Source: an uncultured Pseudobdellovibrionaceae bacterium (GTDB lineage Bacteria > Bdellovibrionota > FAC87 > UBA2466). Taken from it: 64,000 nt of DNA. The notes under the pieces were generated by a model. The model was given only the letters and a program-made list of their open reading frames with translations, made no database searches and was not told the origin of the DNA. Positions 10,005 to 19,056 of the stretch are shown here, in pieces (position 1 is the stretch's first letter; each line of letters starts with the position of its first letter). The DNA is taken from the NCBI GenBank assembly GCA_964492125.1, contig CAZBJE010000001.1, positions 4,018-68,017 of the forward strand, in the 5' to 3' direction. Made by a program: the position numbers and the translations under genes.

Positions 10005-10556
10005 CTAGCGCTGCCGCGGGTTCCAAGGAGTATCTTCGATAGACTCCAGCTGATTCGCCAGACGACTCATGGTGAATAAAAAATCCGAGAGCCGGTTGAT
10101 ATAAATCAGCAACCAGCCGTCGACTTCTTCCCCGTCCATGGACTTTAGCTCCACCATCGAGCGCTCCGCCCGCCGACAAACCGTCCGGGCCAGATGCAAG
10201 AACGCAGCGGTGCGCCCTCCACCCGGCAGAATAAAGGTTTTGAGCGGCGGCAAACTATTAGCCACTACGTCGATTTGCCGCTCCAAGAAATCCACGTGGG
10301 AGGCGGTAATGATTTCGATCTTCGTGTCGCGCTTTGGAGACGCCAATTGGGCGCCCACTGTGAAAAGGGCCGACTGCACCTGAGCGAGCGAATCTCGGAT
10401 GGGTGCGTGCGGCGTTTCGGCGCACACAATTCCCAATACCGCATTCAACTCATCGATCTCTCCGTAAGCCGCGATGCGCGGGGAGCTCTTAGCAACGCGC
10501 TCCCCGCCATACAGCCCGGTCGTTCCGGTGTCGCCTGTCTTGGTATAAATTTTCAT
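10005..10556 (-). CDS. ATP:cob(I)alamin adenosyltransferase, PduO type
   Basis: N-terminus MKIYTKTGDTGTTGL is the hallmark of PduO/MMAB adenosyltransferases; 183 aa. Confidence 0.8.
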   Translation of the reverse strand: MKIYTKTGDTGTTGLYGGERVAKSSPRIAAYGEIDELNAVLGIVCAETPHAPIRDSLAQVQSALFTVGAQLASPKRDTKIEIITASHVDFLERQIDVVANSLPPLKTFILPGGGRTAAFLHLARTVCRRAERSMVELKSMDGEEVDGWLLIYINRLSDFLFTMSRLANQLESIEDTPWNPRQR

Positions 10557-11167
10557 TATTTGTACTTAACCGAGCAGCCGTAGGATTTGGTAGATGGCTT
10601 GGCGATCGGCTTGCCCGCCATACCCGCATCCAACGCGGCCGCCACATAGTTGGTGGCGGTTTTCACGTCGGCAATGTCGGTGGTGTTTTTATCGTCGATG
10701 GCACCCATGTAAGCGAGTTTGCCCTGCGGGTTGATAACGTACATGGCCGGAGTGGTCTGCGCTCCATAGGCAGTTCCCACTTTTCCGTCGGAGTCCAACA
10801 AAACGGCAGTGGGTTTAGCCGTGTGTTTTTGGATGTCGGCAGTGACTTCCGCCGGTGTGGAATACCCTTGTTTGCCGGGGGCCGACGAAATCACCGAGTA
10901 CCAGACAACGCCTTTGCCCGTATATTTGGTTTGTAGCGCCTGCATGTTGCCCGAGTCGTAGTGTTTTTGCACAAACGGGCAGCCGTGATTGAGCCATTCC
11001 AAGACGACCCACTTACCTTTGGCGTCTCCGAGGGAAACTTTGTTGCCGGTGCTATCGACTACGGTGAATTCCGGGGCGGTGGCGCCGATTTTCACGTTGG
11101 CCGCTGAAGCGATGCCTTCTACTAAAACGACCATCACGAACAAGAATTTTAGTGCGGTGCGGCGCAT
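10556..11167 (-). CDS. periplasmic thioredoxin-fold (redoxin family) protein
   Basis: Signal peptide; redoxin-like core with single Cys in WLNHGCPF; start set at internal ATG 11167 preceded by AAGGAG; 1-nt overlap with the PduO gene. Confidence 0.5.
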   Translation of the reverse strand: MRRTALKFLFVMVVLVEGIASAANVKIGATAPEFTVVDSTGNKVSLGDAKGKWVVLEWLNHGCPFVQKHYDSGNMQALQTKYTGKGVVWYSVISSAPGKQGYSTPAEVTADIQKHTAKPTAVLLDSDGKVGTAYGAQTTPAMYVINPQGKLAYMGAIDDKNTTDIADVKTATNYVAAALDAGMAGKPIAKPSTKSYGCSVKYK

Positions 11168-11317
11168 ATGAAAGTCTCCTTTAATTGCAGGTACTAAGCC
11201 AGACGCAAAAATACTCCCGCCCCGCCGGGCGGGCAAGGCTTTGCCCAAAACGCGCCATGTCATTGGTTGGCTTCACTTTTTCTGTTCAGTCTGCCGAAAA
11301 GCTCTAGGAGGGGTTCA

Positions 11318-11518
11318 ATGATCCGACTAACAAAATTTGACGGCAAATCCATCATGCTCAATGCGGAGTGGATCCAGAGTGTGGAACCCACTCCGGACAC
11401 GCTCATTACCCTCACCACCGGCTTCAAGCTCATCGTGCAAGAGCCCGTGGATAAGGTCGTCGCGGCGTTTTGTGAATACCAACGCGACAAACAATTTAAC
11501 GCAAAGAAATCGGCTTAG
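11318..11518 (+). CDS. flbD: flagellar protein FlbD
   Basis: MIRLTKFDGKSIMLNAEWIQSVE matches the FlbD family; AGGAGG RBS 9 nt upstream of ATG 11318; immediately precedes motA. Confidence 0.6.
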   Translation: MIRLTKFDGKSIMLNAEWIQSVEPTPDTLITLTTGFKLIVQEPVDKVVAAFCEYQRDKQFNAKKSA

Positions 11519-11536
11519 GAAAAAGAGGACAAGCTT

Positions 11537-12325
11537 ATGATCGTCAACTGGTTGGGCGTCATTATCGGTTTCGCTGCCATCTTGGGCGGCAACTGGCTCG
11601 AAGGCGGTCACATCGCGGCACTCGTTCAGCCCACTGCCGCGCTCATCGTGGCCGGAGGAACCATCGGTGCTACCATGCTCGCTTCCACAGGGGCGGAGCT
11701 CGCCGGAGCTTTTGCCGCCATGAAAGCAGTATTTCTGGGTGGCCCTCCAAATAACGCAGCCCTAGTGAAAGAAATTGCCGCCCTCGCAGCCCAAGCCCGC
11801 AAAGACGGTATCTTGTCGCTGGAAGGCTCCGTCGGCAAAATCAAGAACCCTTTCATGTCCAAGAATTTGCGCTCGATCATCGATGGATACGATCCGGCGG
11901 TGCTTAAGCAAATGATGGAAGATCAAATCTCCCACACCGAAGAACAGAAGAACGCCATCGCCAAGGTTTTTGAAACCGCGGGCGGTTTCTCTCCGACCAT
12001 CGGAATTATCGGTGCGGTTATGGGTCTGATTCACGTGATGTCGAACTTGTCTGACTCCTCCAAGCTCGGTTCCGGTATCGCGGTCGCCTTCGTGGCGACG
12101 GTGTACGGAGTAGGCGCGGCCAACCTGGTGCTCATTCCCTTGGGAGGAAAGCTCAAAAAAGTGGGTAAGGCGCAGATGGTCGAAATGGAAATCATTTACC
12201 AAGGTCTGACCGGCATTCAAGACGGGCTCAACCCGCGCATCATCGAAGACCGTTTGAAAAACCTTTTGGGCGACCACGGTGGCAAAGGCCACGGGGATGA
12301 AGCCGCCGCCAAGAAAGCCGCGTAA
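11537..12325 (+). CDS. motA: flagellar motor stator protein MotA
   Basis: 262 aa, 4 TM helices, MotA/TolQ/ExbB proton-channel signature (GLIHVMSNL...AFVATVYGVGAANLVLIP). Confidence 0.85.
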   Translation: MIVNWLGVIIGFAAILGGNWLEGGHIAALVQPTAALIVAGGTIGATMLASTGAELAGAFAAMKAVFLGGPPNNAALVKEIAALAAQARKDGILSLEGSVGKIKNPFMSKNLRSIIDGYDPAVLKQMMEDQISHTEEQKNAIAKVFETAGGFSPTIGIIGAVMGLIHVMSNLSDSSKLGSGIAVAFVATVYGVGAANLVLIPLGGKLKKVGKAQMVEMEIIYQGLTGIQDGLNPRIIEDRLKNLLGDHGGKGHGDEAAAKKAA

Positions 12326-12330
12326 ACCAA

Positions 12331-13128
12331 ATGGCACGTAAGAAACACCACGAAGAACACGAGAACCTGGAGCGGTGGCTGGTAAGCTACGCCGACTTCA
12401 TTACCCTTCTGTTCGCGTTTTTTACCGTGCTTTACGCTCTTTCTCAGTCAGATAAGGCCAAGTACAAAGATGCTGCCGAAAATATCCAACGTGCTTTTTT
12501 ATCGTCGGGCGGGATCTTTACCTTGAAGGGCGTGCCCTTTAGTCCTATCGACGCAGCCCCCACTCAGGGCGCAGCACCTTCGGGCTCCGAGGATACGGGC
12601 CGAATGACCAAGTTCGAGCAAGAAGAGCCGATGGATCGCATCGCCCAACAGCTGCGCGGTCTTTTCAAACAGAGCACCGGTCTTTCACTGTCTCCCGGAT
12701 CGATCGAAGTCATTAAATCCGATAAGGGCTACCGTATTCGCCTAGGTGAGTACCTGCTCTTCAAGCCCGGCAGCGACAAAATCAAAGTGGCCAACCTGCC
12801 ATTCTTGGTGTCGGTGGGTAAGCGCCTGGTGCGCATGGGCCACTCTGTGCAAGTGGAAGGGCACTCGGATAACGCACCGGCCACCAGCCCTCAGGCTAAC
12901 TGGCAACTATCGTTGAACCGCGCTTTTAACGTCGTACAATTCCTGGTCGCGGCCGTAAATTTCCCGCCCGATCGCATTTCGCTCTCCGGCTTCGGCGACA
13001 CCCACCCTGTTCAGGGCGCCGACAATAGCACGGTACAAGGCCGCCAACGCAATCGCCGCGTGGAACTGGTGGTAACTGTGGATGATGAAAAAGAAGAGTC
13101 CTATAGCTGGGAACACAGCGAAGAGTAA
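12331..13128 (+). CDS. motB: flagellar motor stator protein MotB (OmpA-like C-terminal domain)
   Basis: N-terminal plug/TM (WLVSYADFITLLFAFF) and C-terminal OmpA-like peptidoglycan-binding domain (GHSDNAP...NRRVEL). Confidence 0.85.
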   Translation: MARKKHHEEHENLERWLVSYADFITLLFAFFTVLYALSQSDKAKYKDAAENIQRAFLSSGGIFTLKGVPFSPIDAAPTQGAAPSGSEDTGRMTKFEQEEPMDRIAQQLRGLFKQSTGLSLSPGSIEVIKSDKGYRIRLGEYLLFKPGSDKIKVANLPFLVSVGKRLVRMGHSVQVEGHSDNAPATSPQANWQLSLNRAFNVVQFLVAAVNFPPDRISLSGFGDTHPVQGADNSTVQGRQRNRRVELVVTVDDEKEESYSWEHSEE

Positions 13129-13149
13129 ACCTACCCGCTCTCCCCTGAT

Positions 13150-13482
13150 CTAACGAGGCATGCTGATCAAGTTTGGGTTACCGTCATGGCCGGGATTCGG
13201 CATGGAGAGCTCGCCCGTGGTAGTAGACGAGGGCTTTTCCGGGTGATTCACCTGCATTAGCACATCCAAATCGCCCTTCAATTCGTCATAAAATTCTTGA
13301 TCGCCCGCCTTCTCGTCGGCAAGGGCCTGTTCATCACTCAAAACCGACGGGCCTCGGGATGGGGTCGTGGTGGAACGCGAGGACGAGTGCACGGGTTTCT
13401 TGGATTCGTGCCCATCCGCGAAAGCAAGGGTCGCCACCCCAATCAGGGTGACGACCACAATGAAGGCTACTTGTTGAATCAT
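13150..13482 (-). CDS. small membrane-anchored hypothetical protein translationally following ftsZ
   Basis: 110 aa; N-terminal TM/signal anchor then Ser/Thr/Pro-rich low-complexity region; ATG 19 nt downstream of the ftsZ stop. Confidence 0.4.
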   Translation of the reverse strand: MIQQVAFIVVVTLIGVATLAFADGHESKKPVHSSSRSTTTPSRGPSVLSDEQALADEKAGDQEFYDELKGDLDVLMQVNHPEKPSSTTTGELSMPNPGHDGNPNLISMPR

Positions 13483-13501
13483 AAAGTCCCCGCAGTATTA
13501 C

Positions 13502-14695
13502 TTAGTCGTGCTGCCGGCGCAAGAAGGTCGGGATATCGTATTCTTCGCTCTCGAAGAAGCGCTTCCCAATCTCGCGTGCGAGCTGCCGAGCTGATTTGAG
13601 ATCCGTGGAAAGGTTCTCTTTGCGTTGAACCGGGGTCCCCGAGGTCTGGGCAACCTGCAATTCCTGGGTGGCAATCGCGGGGGCTTCGAGTTCGGGAGCT
13701 TTCTTTTCCACTTCGGCGGCAACGTCTTTGGTGACCACCGGGCTGAAGCCCGTGGCAATCACGGTTACCCGCACTTCGTCCTTCAAGGAATCGTCGATGA
13801 CCGAACCGAAAATGATTTCGCAGTCGTCGTCGGCTTCTTCCGTGATGAGCGAGCTGGCTTCGTTGACCTCGAACAGGGTGAGGTCCGAACCGCCGGTGAT
13901 ATTGATAATGATGCCGGTGGCGCCATTAATGCTCACATCTTCCAGCAGCGGCGAGGCAATCGCCTTGCGCGCGGCTTCGATGGCCCGGTTTTCACCGGAA
14001 GCGCTTCCGGTTCCCATCAACGCGAGGCCCTTATTCGCCATCACCGCGCGGACGTCCGCGAAGTCGAGGTTGATAAGACCGCGGATGTTGATCAAATCCG
14101 AAATCCCTTTTACCGCCTGGTACAGCACTTCATCCGCTTTGCGGAAGCAGTCCAGCATCGTGGTGGTTTCGTTGGCTACGTAGAGCAACCGCTGATTAGG
14201 GATGCAAATCAAAGTATCGACCGCCGCCTTCAGCTCTTCGATGCCTTTGTCGGCGTTGCGACGCCGGCGCTTGCCTTCGAAGTTAAAGGGCTTGGTGACC
14301 ACCCCAACCGTCAACGCGCCCGCTTCCTTGGCGATGTTGGCGATGACCGGAGCGCCGCCCGTTCCCGTACCGCCGCCCATTCCAGCGGTGATGAAGACCA
14401 TGTCCGCGCCATAAAGCATTTCTGCGATGCGGCCACTATCTTCCAAAGCGGCTTGACGACCTACTTCGGGGTTGGCACCCGCGCCCAAACCTTTGGTCAG
14501 CTCGTTGCCGAGTTGAATGTGGTAAGGAGCCGGGTGAGTGGCGAGCGCCTGGTTGTCGGTGTTGGCTGCGACAAAGTCGACGCCATTCAGACCCAAGGCG
14601 ATCATGGTTGCGATGGCGTTGGTTCCGCCTCCGCCGACGCCGATCACTTTAATTTTTGCGCCCTGCACTGTTTCTTTCTCCACAATTTCAAACAT
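13502..14695 (-). CDS. ftsZ: cell division protein FtsZ
   Basis: GGGTGTG tubulin signature and [14 protein letters not shown]-terminus; 397 aa. Confidence 0.95.
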   Translation of the reverse strand: MFEIVEKETVQGAKIKVIGVGGGGTNAIATMIALGLNGVDFVAANTDNQALATHPAPYHIQLGNELTKGLGAGANPEVGRQAALEDSGRIAEMLYGADMVFITAGMGGGTGTGGAPVIANIAKEAGALTVGVVTKPFNFEGKRRRRNADKGIEELKAAVDTLICIPNQRLLYVANETTTMLDCFRKADEVLYQAVKGISDLINIRGLINLDFADVRAVMANKGLALMGTGSASGENRAIEAARKAIASPLLEDVSINGATGIIINITGGSDLTLFEVNEASSLITEEADDDCEIIFGSVIDDSLKDEVRVTVIATGFSPVVTKDVAAEVEKKAPELEAPAIATQELQVAQTSGTPVQRKENLSTDLKSARQLAREIGKRFFESEEYDIPTFLRRQHD

Positions 14696-14720
14696 ACCGT
14701 CTCCTTGGATATGCGTTTCC

Positions 14721-15965
14721 TTAAAATACTTCGCCGAGCCAAGTCTTCATGCGGGTAACGACTTTTCCGTAGAGGTTGTCGTTGTCCCGAATGCGGAACT
14801 TCACTTCAGAGCGATTCTTCATGCCGTACAGGATCAACCCCACCGCGGTGGAGTAGATGGGCGAACTCACCACATCCAACAGCCCGCCGACCCCTTGAGG
14901 GAACCCGCGACGGACCGGCATTTCTAAGATGAATTCCGCGAGCTCGGAGGAGCCCTCCAGTAGAGAGGCTCCTCCGGTAATCACGACGCCCGTGGACAAG
15001 AGGTGCTTGTAGCCGCTAGCGGCGATTTCTCGGCCAACGAGGGAGAAAATCTCCTCCACACGCGGCTCGATGATCTTGGTGAGGACGCTGCGCGAAATTT
15101 CACGCGTCTTGCGTCCCCCCACGCTGGGCACTTCCAAAACTTTGTCTTCCTGCAGCAACGACGACATAGCGCAGCCGCTGGCAATCTTGATGGCTTCTGC
15201 ATCCTGAATCGAGGTGCGTAAACCCACCGCGATGTCGTTGGTAATGTGGTTTCCGCCCATGGCGATGACGCCGGTGTGCACCACACTGCCGCGCACATAC
15301 AGCGCAATGTCGGTAGTGCCACCGCCGATATCAACCAACGCGACGCCCAATTCTTTTTCATCGTGCGTCAAGGCCGCTTCGGCCGAGGCCAAAGGCTCGA
15401 GCACGATGTCGCTCACATTGATGCCCGCCTGATTGGCGCACTTGATGATGTTTTGCGCGGACGAGACGGCCCCGGTCACAATGTGCACGTTGCTTTCTAA
15501 ACGCACACCCGCCATGCCGATGGGATCCTTGACCCCTTCTTGCTCGTTCACTTTATATTCTTGAGGAATCACATGAATGACTTCCCGATCCAGCGGGATA
15601 GCCACGGCTTTCGCGGCATCGATAGCCCGGTCGACATCTGACGACGAGACCTCTCGATCCTTGATCGCCACGACCCCATTGCTGTTGAAACCCTTGATGT
15701 GCCCACCGGCGATACCGGCATAGGCGGTGGTAATCTTGCACCCCGCCATGAGTTCCGCCACTTCCACGGCTTTCTTCACCGCTTCCACTGTCTGCGGAAT
15801 GTTCACCACCACGCCCTTGCGGATGCCGTGAGAGGCTTGTTTGCCTATCCCAACAATCTCGATTCCGTCGGGCGTAGGTTTCCCCACGACGACGCAAATA
15901 TTGGTGGTCCCAAAATCGATCCCCACCAAGACATCGGTCCCGTGTGGCGGTCTACGGGTACTCAT
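14721..15965 (-). CDS. ftsA: cell division protein FtsA
   Basis: Actin-fold ATPase; [15 protein letters not shown] phosphate-1 motif; position between ftsQ and ftsZ. Confidence 0.9.
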   Translation of the reverse strand: MSTRRPPHGTDVLVGIDFGTTNICVVVGKPTPDGIEIVGIGKQASHGIRKGVVVNIPQTVEAVKKAVEVAELMAGCKITTAYAGIAGGHIKGFNSNGVVAIKDREVSSSDVDRAIDAAKAVAIPLDREVIHVIPQEYKVNEQEGVKDPIGMAGVRLESNVHIVTGAVSSAQNIIKCANQAGINVSDIVLEPLASAEAALTHDEKELGVALVDIGGGTTDIALYVRGSVVHTGVIAMGGNHITNDIAVGLRTSIQDAEAIKIASGCAMSSLLQEDKVLEVPSVGGRKTREISRSVLTKIIEPRVEEIFSLVGREIAASGYKHLLSTGVVITGGASLLEGSSELAEFILEMPVRRGFPQGVGGLLDVVSSPIYSTAVGLILYGMKNRSEVKFRIRDNDNLYGKVVTRMKTWLGEVF

Positions 15966-16063
15966 GCGACTACCCCCAAAAAAATAATTCTAAAAACTTT
16001 GTTACTGACGCGTAAAAAAAAGGAAAGCCGGCCGTCATATTTATGACTAGCCTCACCCTGAGC

Positions 16064-16789
16064 TTAGTGGGGAACAGGAAAACTGACAACAGCTTTTTTG
16101 GGAAAAACTAAATTGATCTTGCTGGCTTGTCCGATTTGGCGAGGCGGTCGACTCAGCACGTCGATAAAAAACGGCAGCTGAGATTCGTAGGTATGTTGGC
16201 TGAAGAGAATTTCCAGCGGCGGGGTGGTCAGGAAAACTTTGAAATACGGCGGATCGGTCGGCACCAGCTGGGACACCCGGAACTTGGGCGCAGCCACCTT
16301 GTGCAAGGTCTGCAAGATACCGACGAGAGTGCGCGAATTCCAAAGCTTGGCGGTCTCCGGTTTGTCGAAAGCAATCACCGGCAAATCCAAGTCGGCCGCG
16401 CGCCCGGGTGCCCAGCGATCTATTTCGGCACCGTTGTCGTCGAGAAAAATTAAACGCCCAGCTTCTTGTCGCGTGGCCACTGGCTTCTTGGCTTGAGCGC
16501 TGAGCACTAGCCGATCGGGGTATTCTTTTTTTACGGTAGCGGATAACACCCAAGGGTTCTGGCGCATTTTTTCCATCAGTGAGTTGCCGCTTACTAAAAG
16601 AAGGTTTTTACCGACGAGCAAAGGCAAAGTTCGGCGCACCTCCAATTCGGTCAGCGGGGCCTCCACAGTCACCACCACTTCCCGAATGCGCAAGTATTCC
16701 ACATCGGGTAACCAACTAGGGTAGCGATACACAGCCACTCCCCCGGCAATTACTGCGAGCAGAAAAACCAGACGCACTATTTTTTTCAT
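16064..16789 (-). CDS. ftsQ: cell division protein FtsQ/DivIB (POTRA domain)
   Basis: 241 aa, N-terminal TM anchor, POTRA-like domain; synteny upstream of ftsA. Confidence 0.7.
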   Translation of the reverse strand: MKKIVRLVFLLAVIAGGVAVYRYPSWLPDVEYLRIREVVVTVEAPLTELEVRRTLPLLVGKNLLLVSGNSLMEKMRQNPWVLSATVKKEYPDRLVLSAQAKKPVATRQEAGRLIFLDDNGAEIDRWAPGRAADLDLPVIAFDKPETAKLWNSRTLVGILQTLHKVAAPKFRVSQLVPTDPPYFKVFLTTPPLEILFSQHTYESQLPFFIDVLSRPPRQIGQASKINLVFPKKAVVSFPVPH

Positions 16790-17757
16790 TAGGCCGCCGC
16801 TGATTGGCGCGCGCGAGCGCGCGGTAACAAAACCGTTCGGTACTGCTCCAAGACTCTATCAAGAGGAAACCGCTTAGCTAAACTCTGGCGCAGTTTGTCG
16901 CCGAGCGCGGCTCGGAGACTTTCGTTTTCAGCGAGGCGAGTGATGAGTTCCCCCACCGGACGCACCTCGTTGACCGGCACCACAAAACCGTCTTGTCCGT
17001 CGGTAATCAGGTCCTCAATTCCGGGAACATCGCTGGTAAGCACGGGCACCCCGTGAGCAGCCTCCCAGAGCACTGGGATAAATGTTTCGCTTTTCAGCGG
17101 AGCATGCAGGAGGACGTCCATGGCATGGGCCTCATCCAAGGGCTCGAAGTAATCCTGCAACTGCAAATCCGCGATCATCGCCTGCAAATGCGCGAAGAGC
17201 ACACCGGTTTGTCGGACATGAAACCGCACCGGCACCCCGTGCTGGGACACGTAGTGCGCCACCGAAACCAAGAACGCCAAATTCGCGTCCGAGGTCAGCG
17301 CCGCCAAGCAACCTACCCGCAAGGGACCACGAGAGCGGGGTCGAACTTCAGCCATAAACCCAGGAAGTGGCAGCTCCACTAAATTTTCCGACGGAACCCG
17401 CTCCATTTCCTTCAAAAAGCGGTGGGCGTAGGGACTGTGAGCCAGCAGCTTTACTTTGAGCTTCGAAGACGGATTCCAGCCTCGGTCAAAAAGCCCGAAC
17501 CAACGAGGGCGCGCGCGCATCCCCAAAACCGAAACAAAAACTTCGCCCCCGTGCCGCGCAGGCAACTGTCGTAAGGCGGCTCGCCAATCGCGGGCAATGA
17601 TCCAAACTCGAGAAGCCTGAGCAAGCGGCTCGGAACCCCCCAAGTCGCGCACGCGGACACCCATTTGGCTTTCCAGCGCGCGCAGCAGTGCCATGAAATA
17701 ATGGCGCTCCCACGGCAGCAGGTCGCCGCCCATCAAGCACTCTAAGTTTTGTTCCAT
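16789..17757 (-). CDS. GT-B fold glycosyltransferase (GT4-like C-terminal domain)
   Basis: C-terminal EX7E-type motif region (VLWEAAHGVPVLTSDVPGIEDLITDGQDGFVVPVNE); stop overlaps ftsQ start (translational coupling). Confidence 0.55.
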   Translation of the reverse strand: MEQNLECLMGGDLLPWERHYFMALLRALESQMGVRVRDLGGSEPLAQASRVWIIARDWRAALRQLPARHGGEVFVSVLGMRARPRWFGLFDRGWNPSSKLKVKLLAHSPYAHRFLKEMERVPSENLVELPLPGFMAEVRPRSRGPLRVGCLAALTSDANLAFLVSVAHYVSQHGVPVRFHVRQTGVLFAHLQAMIADLQLQDYFEPLDEAHAMDVLLHAPLKSETFIPVLWEAAHGVPVLTSDVPGIEDLITDGQDGFVVPVNEVRPVGELITRLAENESLRAALGDKLRQSLAKRFPLDRVLEQYRTVLLPRARARQSAAA

Positions 17758-17766
17758 TCCCCGCTA

Positions 17767-19005
17767 TTATATCGCGTGGTCGTTAATAAAGTCGATAAAC
17801 GCCCGGAGCGAGCCGTAGTCGCGGCGATCGTACGGAAAGACGAGCCGCGGCAATTTGGCCAATTCAGGCTCATTGCCCTCTTCCGCGAGCGGGCCGCTGG
17901 TCTTAATCTCGCCGCCCTTGGCCAAGAAACCGAACTTTTCGTTCAGCTGTTTGACTACCGCAGGGCTGAGCTGTTTTTTCAGACGGACCACCGCGCGATC
18001 CCGCGTAAAGCGCATGGAATGGTAGGTGCTGTAGAAGTGATCGATATGGTCGAGCGCCTCTTTGGGAGTATGGAAAATCCGGTAAAGATTCTTGTCAGAT
18101 TCAGCGATAAAACCGTCGTGTAAAACGGTTTCGTATAAAAACTTCACAAGGTTGGTCCAAAAACCAAATCCCTCGGGCTCTACCATCACCACCGGAATCA
18201 AATTGGACTTGCCGGTCTGAATGAGCGTTAAAACCTCAAAGGCCTCATCGAACGTGCCAAAACCGCCCGGAAAAAAAGCAAACGCCCAGGCTTCCTTCAC
18301 CAAAAAAAGTTTACGGGTGAAAAAATACTTGTAGTGAATGAGCATGTTCTCGTCGTCGAGAAACGGGTTGTGGGTCTGCTCAAACGGCAACCGAATATTC
18401 AAACCGAAGCCGGATTTTTCTTCCGCGCCTTCGTTACCCGCCGCCATAATCCCCGGCCCGCCACCAGTGATAATCATGTACTCCCGTCGCGCCGCTTCGG
18501 CTGCGAAATCGCGGGCAAAATTGTAGAGCGGCGTGCCCGCTGGCACCCGCGCGGAACCGAACATTGTAATCTTGGGGCGGTGGCGATGCGGGTAGAAAGT
18601 CTTGAAGGAAAAACGCAGTTCCTTAATTGTCGTGGCAGTGATCTTCAGGTTTAGGGTCCCGGGGCTTTCCATCGCAAGCTTAGCGGCAGCCCGGAAAATA
18701 TCGCCGATAACAGGCAAACGGTGCGGCTTTTGCTCCTTGGCCAACTTGTGCACGATGGCGTCGAGATCCTCTTCCCACTTTTCCAGAGGCCGTTTGCTTC
18801 GGCGCCGATCTGCCACGGCGGCTGCGGCAGCGGGGGTCCCGGTCTTGCCTTCGTTGGGGGCCTTGGCAGACGCGATGTCAACGCCCTTGAGTCTAGCGGC
18901 CTTTTTGGGCTGCACTTTCTTGGCTGGTTTAGATTTCGGACTCTTGCTCTTGCTCGGATTCTTTGCTTTGGAGTGCTTAGTCTTTGTCGTTTTCTTCTGC
19001 GCCAT
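17767..19005 (-). CDS. LOG-family nucleotide 5'-monophosphate nucleosidase, PpnN/YgdH-like, with Lys-rich N-terminal tail
   Basis: LOG motifs GGGPGIMAAGNEGA and PGGFGTFDE with flanking domains as in long-form PpnN; about 60-aa N-terminal extension rich in K/P/S/A (KKTTKTKHSKAKNPSKSKSPKSKPAKK). Confidence 0.6.
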   Translation of the reverse strand: MAQKKTTKTKHSKAKNPSKSKSPKSKPAKKVQPKKAARLKGVDIASAKAPNEGKTGTPAAAAAVADRRRSKRPLEKWEEDLDAIVHKLAKEQKPHRLPVIGDIFRAAAKLAMESPGTLNLKITATTIKELRFSFKTFYPHRHRPKITMFGSARVPAGTPLYNFARDFAAEAARREYMIITGGGPGIMAAGNEGAEEKSGFGLNIRLPFEQTHNPFLDDENMLIHYKYFFTRKLFLVKEAWAFAFFPGGFGTFDEAFEVLTLIQTGKSNLIPVVMVEPEGFGFWTNLVKFLYETVLHDGFIAESDKNLYRIFHTPKEALDHIDHFYSTYHSMRFTRDRAVVRLKKQLSPAVVKQLNEKFGFLAKGGEIKTSGPLAEEGNEPELAKLPRLVFPYDRRDYGSLRAFIDFINDHAI

Positions 19006-19056
19006 TTGGAGCCTTTCCCTTTGCCTGCCTACGGACCTTATACGATAATACTCGCG

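Noticed and set aside
11215-11260. GC-rich hairpins (CCCGCC-ccgccg-GGCGGG and GGGCAA-ggct-TTGCCC) as Rho-independent terminators
   Set aside because: They sit upstream of both divergent genes and lack a correctly placed T-tract on either strand; more likely leader structure than a terminator.
13625-14758. 377-aa plus-strand ORF antisense to ftsZ. Similar long antisense ORFs: 4087..4653, 37138..38097, 45273..46121, 47306..48196, 54199..55296, 57461..58162
   Set aside because: Each lies opposite a strongly supported conserved gene and its translation is Arg/Gly/His-rich junk typical of high-GC antisense frames; none has a motif.
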